From a virus (Duplodnaviria > Heunggongvirae > Uroviricota > Caudoviricetes), in the IMG/VR virus record IMGVR_UViG_3300028840_008153, positions 99,143 to 163,142 of that record: DNA of 64,000 nt. One strand, given 5' to 3'. Below, in pieces: positions 61,745 to 64,000 of the stretch. The number at the start of each line of letters is the position of its first letter. Position 1 is the stretch's first letter. A model generated the notes under the pieces. The model was not told where the DNA came from. It ran no database searches and saw only the letters and a program-made list of their open reading frames with translations. The translations under genes were made by a program, and so were the position numbers.

Positions 61745-62425
61745 TCAAGCCTGCTGTTGAGCAGCGACTGATCTTTTCAAAAAGGCCGCGCCGCCGCTGT
61801 CACGGCTGTGCCACCTGTAACCCCCCTCACGACAAAGGGATGGTCCATAGGCAACCATGACCGCCAACAGTTGCGGGCGAAGAGCGTAGGGATGCGGGTC
61901 CTTCGCACACGCCCTGAAGGTTTCGTTCAGGACCTTCGCTGGCAAACTGAGGGATTTGAAGTTTGCGTTGAGCACCGACCTTGCGCTCGAAAGTTGGAGG
62001 GAGAGGCGTGGGAAGTGTCGACGCACCTGTTCCGCAAAAGCCGCATTGCCTTCATCCACAAGCGTTTGAAGATTCATGAACAGGCTGTACTCGTATGCGT
62101 ACTGTCCTAAGCCGGCTATGTACGTGAACTTGTGACTGCCCCACCATTGCTCGATGTGGTTTCTCAGCCGGGAGCTTGACAGGCTCACTTCCCTCTCCGA
62201 AAGCTCCCGACCCAACGTATCGAAAATGCTCTGGAAGTCATGCCGCTCTCCCTGACGCTCAATCAAAGTCAGGAATTCGGCACACCCCTCGTTGAAACAC
62301 CTGAGAAGATCCTGGTGAGTGTCCTCGCACAAATGCGCCGGAAGCCATCGATGCCGATGCTGAACACGATACTGACTCTCCAGCCAAGCAAGCCTGAATA
62401 TAACCTCTGCAGTCTTTGGGTTCAT
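61745..62425 (-). CDS. Hypothetical protein (about 226 aa)
   Basis: Trimmed to MNPKTAEVIFRLAWL...; ATGA overlap with the upstream gene. Confidence 0.4.
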   Translation of the reverse strand: MNPKTAEVIFRLAWLESQYRVQHRHRWLPAHLCEDTHQDLLRCFNEGCAEFLTLIERQGERHDFQSIFDTLGRELSEREVSLSSSRLRNHIEQWWGSHKFTYIAGLGQYAYEYSLFMNLQTLVDEGNAAFAEQVRRHFPRLSLQLSSARSVLNANFKSLSLPAKVLNETFRACAKDPHPYALRPQLLAVMVAYGPSLCREGGYRWHSRDSGGAAFLKRSVAAQQQA

Positions 62426-63174
62426 GGTGTCTCCAAAGCGTTTTCCACACGTTTCCACCGGGACCCGTGTGGCTGGAAGCCTACGATTACCGTGCGCTCG
62501 GCAAAAGCGCAGGTCCTGCACGTAGAACAATTCTCGCATCCCCGCTGCGCAGCACAGACGAGGACCATCTTGTTTCGAGGTGTATAAGAAACCGGCGGTG
62601 TCTGCCTGCTTATAAGCGTAACTACCGGCCCCACCCCAAGTTCTGAAAGTTCATCAGCTTCGGCCATCGTGTTGGCCGACAGGTTGACAACAAATCCATT
62701 GTCATTGGCGTACTTCACGGCCTCACGGTTCTCCCTGACGGACATGGGTTTGTGAGTATACGTGAAGCCCCTTCTACCGGCATTGGCTTCGACCAGCTGC
62801 TCCAACTGCCGCCGATCGATACGATCCCCCACGCCCGGGAGATCTCCGGCTTGATTATGGCGCCACAGCGTGCCGGGCGCCAGCTTTCTTATGCCCTCAA
62901 GGAAGGCTTCCCAGCAAGAGCCCATTCGGCCGGTAGTCACATTGCGCCAGTGGAGTCCCAGATAGCTGAGATCTGAGTAGCACCCTTTACCGCGCAATGG
63001 ACAAGCAACCGGACAGGTCCATTTGGGACTGATGGAGACCGGGATAGGCCCGGTCTTCATGTTCTTGGATCGCAGCGTCAGGTGGTAGGCCATCCCGCGC
63101 TGGCTGGAGGTGTGATAATCGTGTGCATTTCGATCACAGGAACCTCCCGATAGGTAGAAAGGCAGCAGGCGCAA
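62422..63174 (-). CDS. Hypothetical Cys-rich protein (about 220-250 aa)
   Basis: ORF with several CxxC pairs; start uncertain (M28 or M39). Confidence 0.4.
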   Translation of the reverse strand: MRLLPFYLSGGSCDRNAHDYHTSSQRGMAYHLTLRSKNMKTGPIPVSISPKWTCPVACPLRGKGCYSDLSYLGLHWRNVTTGRMGSCWEAFLEGIRKLAPGTLWRHNQAGDLPGVGDRIDRRQLEQLVEANAGRRGFTYTHKPMSVRENREAVKYANDNGFVVNLSANTMAEADELSELGVGPVVTLISRQTPPVSYTPRNKMVLVCAAQRGCENCSTCRTCAFAERTVIVGFQPHGSRWKRVENALETP

Positions 63175-63231
63175 GGGGCCTGTAGAATATCAACGGAGCA
63201 GAGAAAATCAGTCCTATCTGATTTTAACCCA

Positions 63232-63741
63232 TTATACGCCTGTATTTAGCGGGTCAGGAAGGACCAGGTTGAGATCGATGTGGTCGACCGGTCCCACTGC
63301 CTGCTGGGTGGTATGGACGTCACAGGAGCGAAACCACTCCTCCGGGTGGATCGGGTCCACGTTCTCGGCCATGCGCTCGATAGCCTCACGGAGAGCAGTA
63401 TCCTCCCCGGCCCGCTCCAAACAGACCTCCTTGGACGTGGGCACCACATGGACCTCCCGCAGAAACTCCTTTGGCCAGTACCAGCTATCCCGATCTCGTC
63501 GTTTAAGGTTGGTCGCGTCCAAAATGACCCGGTCGTGCCCGGACAGAAACAAGCTGCGAACCATGACCTTGGTCGTGGCCCACACGAAGCCCTCGGCCTG
63601 CCGGACAAACGGCTGCCCTGTCAAAGCCAGTCGGACGCTGTCCGGGCATACGATCGGCCAATGGTATCGACTGCGTAAGAGGTTTGCTATAGTAGACTTG
63701 CCGCTTCTAGGTAAGCCCACCATCATGACAAGAACGCGCAT
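63232..63741 (-). CDS. P-loop kinase (AAA_33/polynucleotide-kinase-like)
   Basis: MRVLVMMVGLPRSGKST (Walker A) ... VILDATNLKRRDR. The upstream 74 codons of the track ORF are Cys/Arg/Ser-rich read-through. Confidence 0.55.
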   Translation of the reverse strand: MRVLVMMVGLPRSGKSTIANLLRSRYHWPIVCPDSVRLALTGQPFVRQAEGFVWATTKVMVRSLFLSGHDRVILDATNLKRRDRDSWYWPKEFLREVHVVPTSKEVCLERAGEDTALREAIERMAENVDPIHPEEWFRSCDVHTTQQAVGPVDHIDLNLVLPDPLNTGV

Positions 63742-64000
63742 TTTGCCTCCTCCAAACGAACTCGGGCCGAGCGCCTTTCGGCACCCAGCCCGAGTCAATC
63801 CCCCCACGAGATTAAATGGTGCGACCACGATTTGGTAGGTTTGGTCACGGAGGAAGCGAGAATCGTGGCCGCTCCACCGTGTGCATCTTTCTGTTCTCTT
63901 ACTACAACAATGCACGTGGGCACGCAACTGAAAACTACTCCAACAGCTCCACGAAGGTGTCAATGCCGTCCTTTTTCGTACATGCCATCCACGCCTTGAA

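Overview
The window is GC-rich (about 60%) and looks like part of a large phage or prophage genome. Nearly every convincing gene is on the minus strand, tightly packed, with many ATGA/TGATG/TAATG stop-start overlaps and AGGAG-type RBSs. The long plus-strand ORFs in the track are antisense shadows of minus-strand genes, and several track ORFs start at GTG/TTG or carry Arg-rich N-terminal read-through that should be trimmed.

Recognisable modules, left to right:
- **1-4.8 kb:** a partial sulfotransferase and a tail-fibre module. The fibre combines a collagen-like G-X-Y domain with YadA-like head repeats, and two small fibre-associated proteins sit next to it.
- **4.9-9.5 kb:** a caspase-like C14 peptidase and a 1212-aa SNF2-helicase-LigD-like phosphoesterase/ligase fusion.
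- **10.4-11.9, 18.6-19.6, 41.5-42.3, 47-48.6 and 56-57.5 kb:** methyltransferases, GT9 heptosyltransferase-like glycosyltransferases, an HldE-type heptose kinase and a CheY-like receiver.
- **12.6-15.8 kb:** a portal-like protein and a Pro/Ala-rich scaffold-like protein.
- **22-24 kb:** a RuvC-like resolvase and a DnaQ-like exonuclease.
- **26-32 kb:** a ParB/DGQHR-like protein, ThyX, MazG, a VWA protein and many small Zn-ribbon proteins.
- **34.6-38.5 kb:** two CRISPR-like arrays. They have related 28-nt repeats and about 33-nt spacers, share an about 85-nt leader-like flank, and bracket two uncharacterised genes (575 aa and 240 aa). No recognisable cas gene is present, so this is a candidate undescribed minimal CRISPR-associated system.
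- **40.2-40.5 kb:** a SelW/Rdx-like selenoprotein gene with an in-frame TGA at the CxxU position and a SECIS-like hairpin. The ORF track misses it.
- **48.7-53.6 kb:** a SpoT-like HD alarmone hydrolase, a second MazG, an SPFH/band-7 protein and a CspA-like cold-shock protein with a long structured 5'UTR.
- **57.5-59.8 kb:** a Ro60/Rsr orthologue next to an initiator-type tRNA(CAT) and a 460-nt repeat-rich region. The repeats carry tRNA-like T-arm fragments and hairpin elements, consistent with YrlA-type Y RNAs.
- **60-64 kb:** an AAA ATPase and a P-loop kinase.

A 25-27-nt promoter-like motif recurs seven times upstream of the csp, RG-rich-peptide and tRNA/Y-RNA region.
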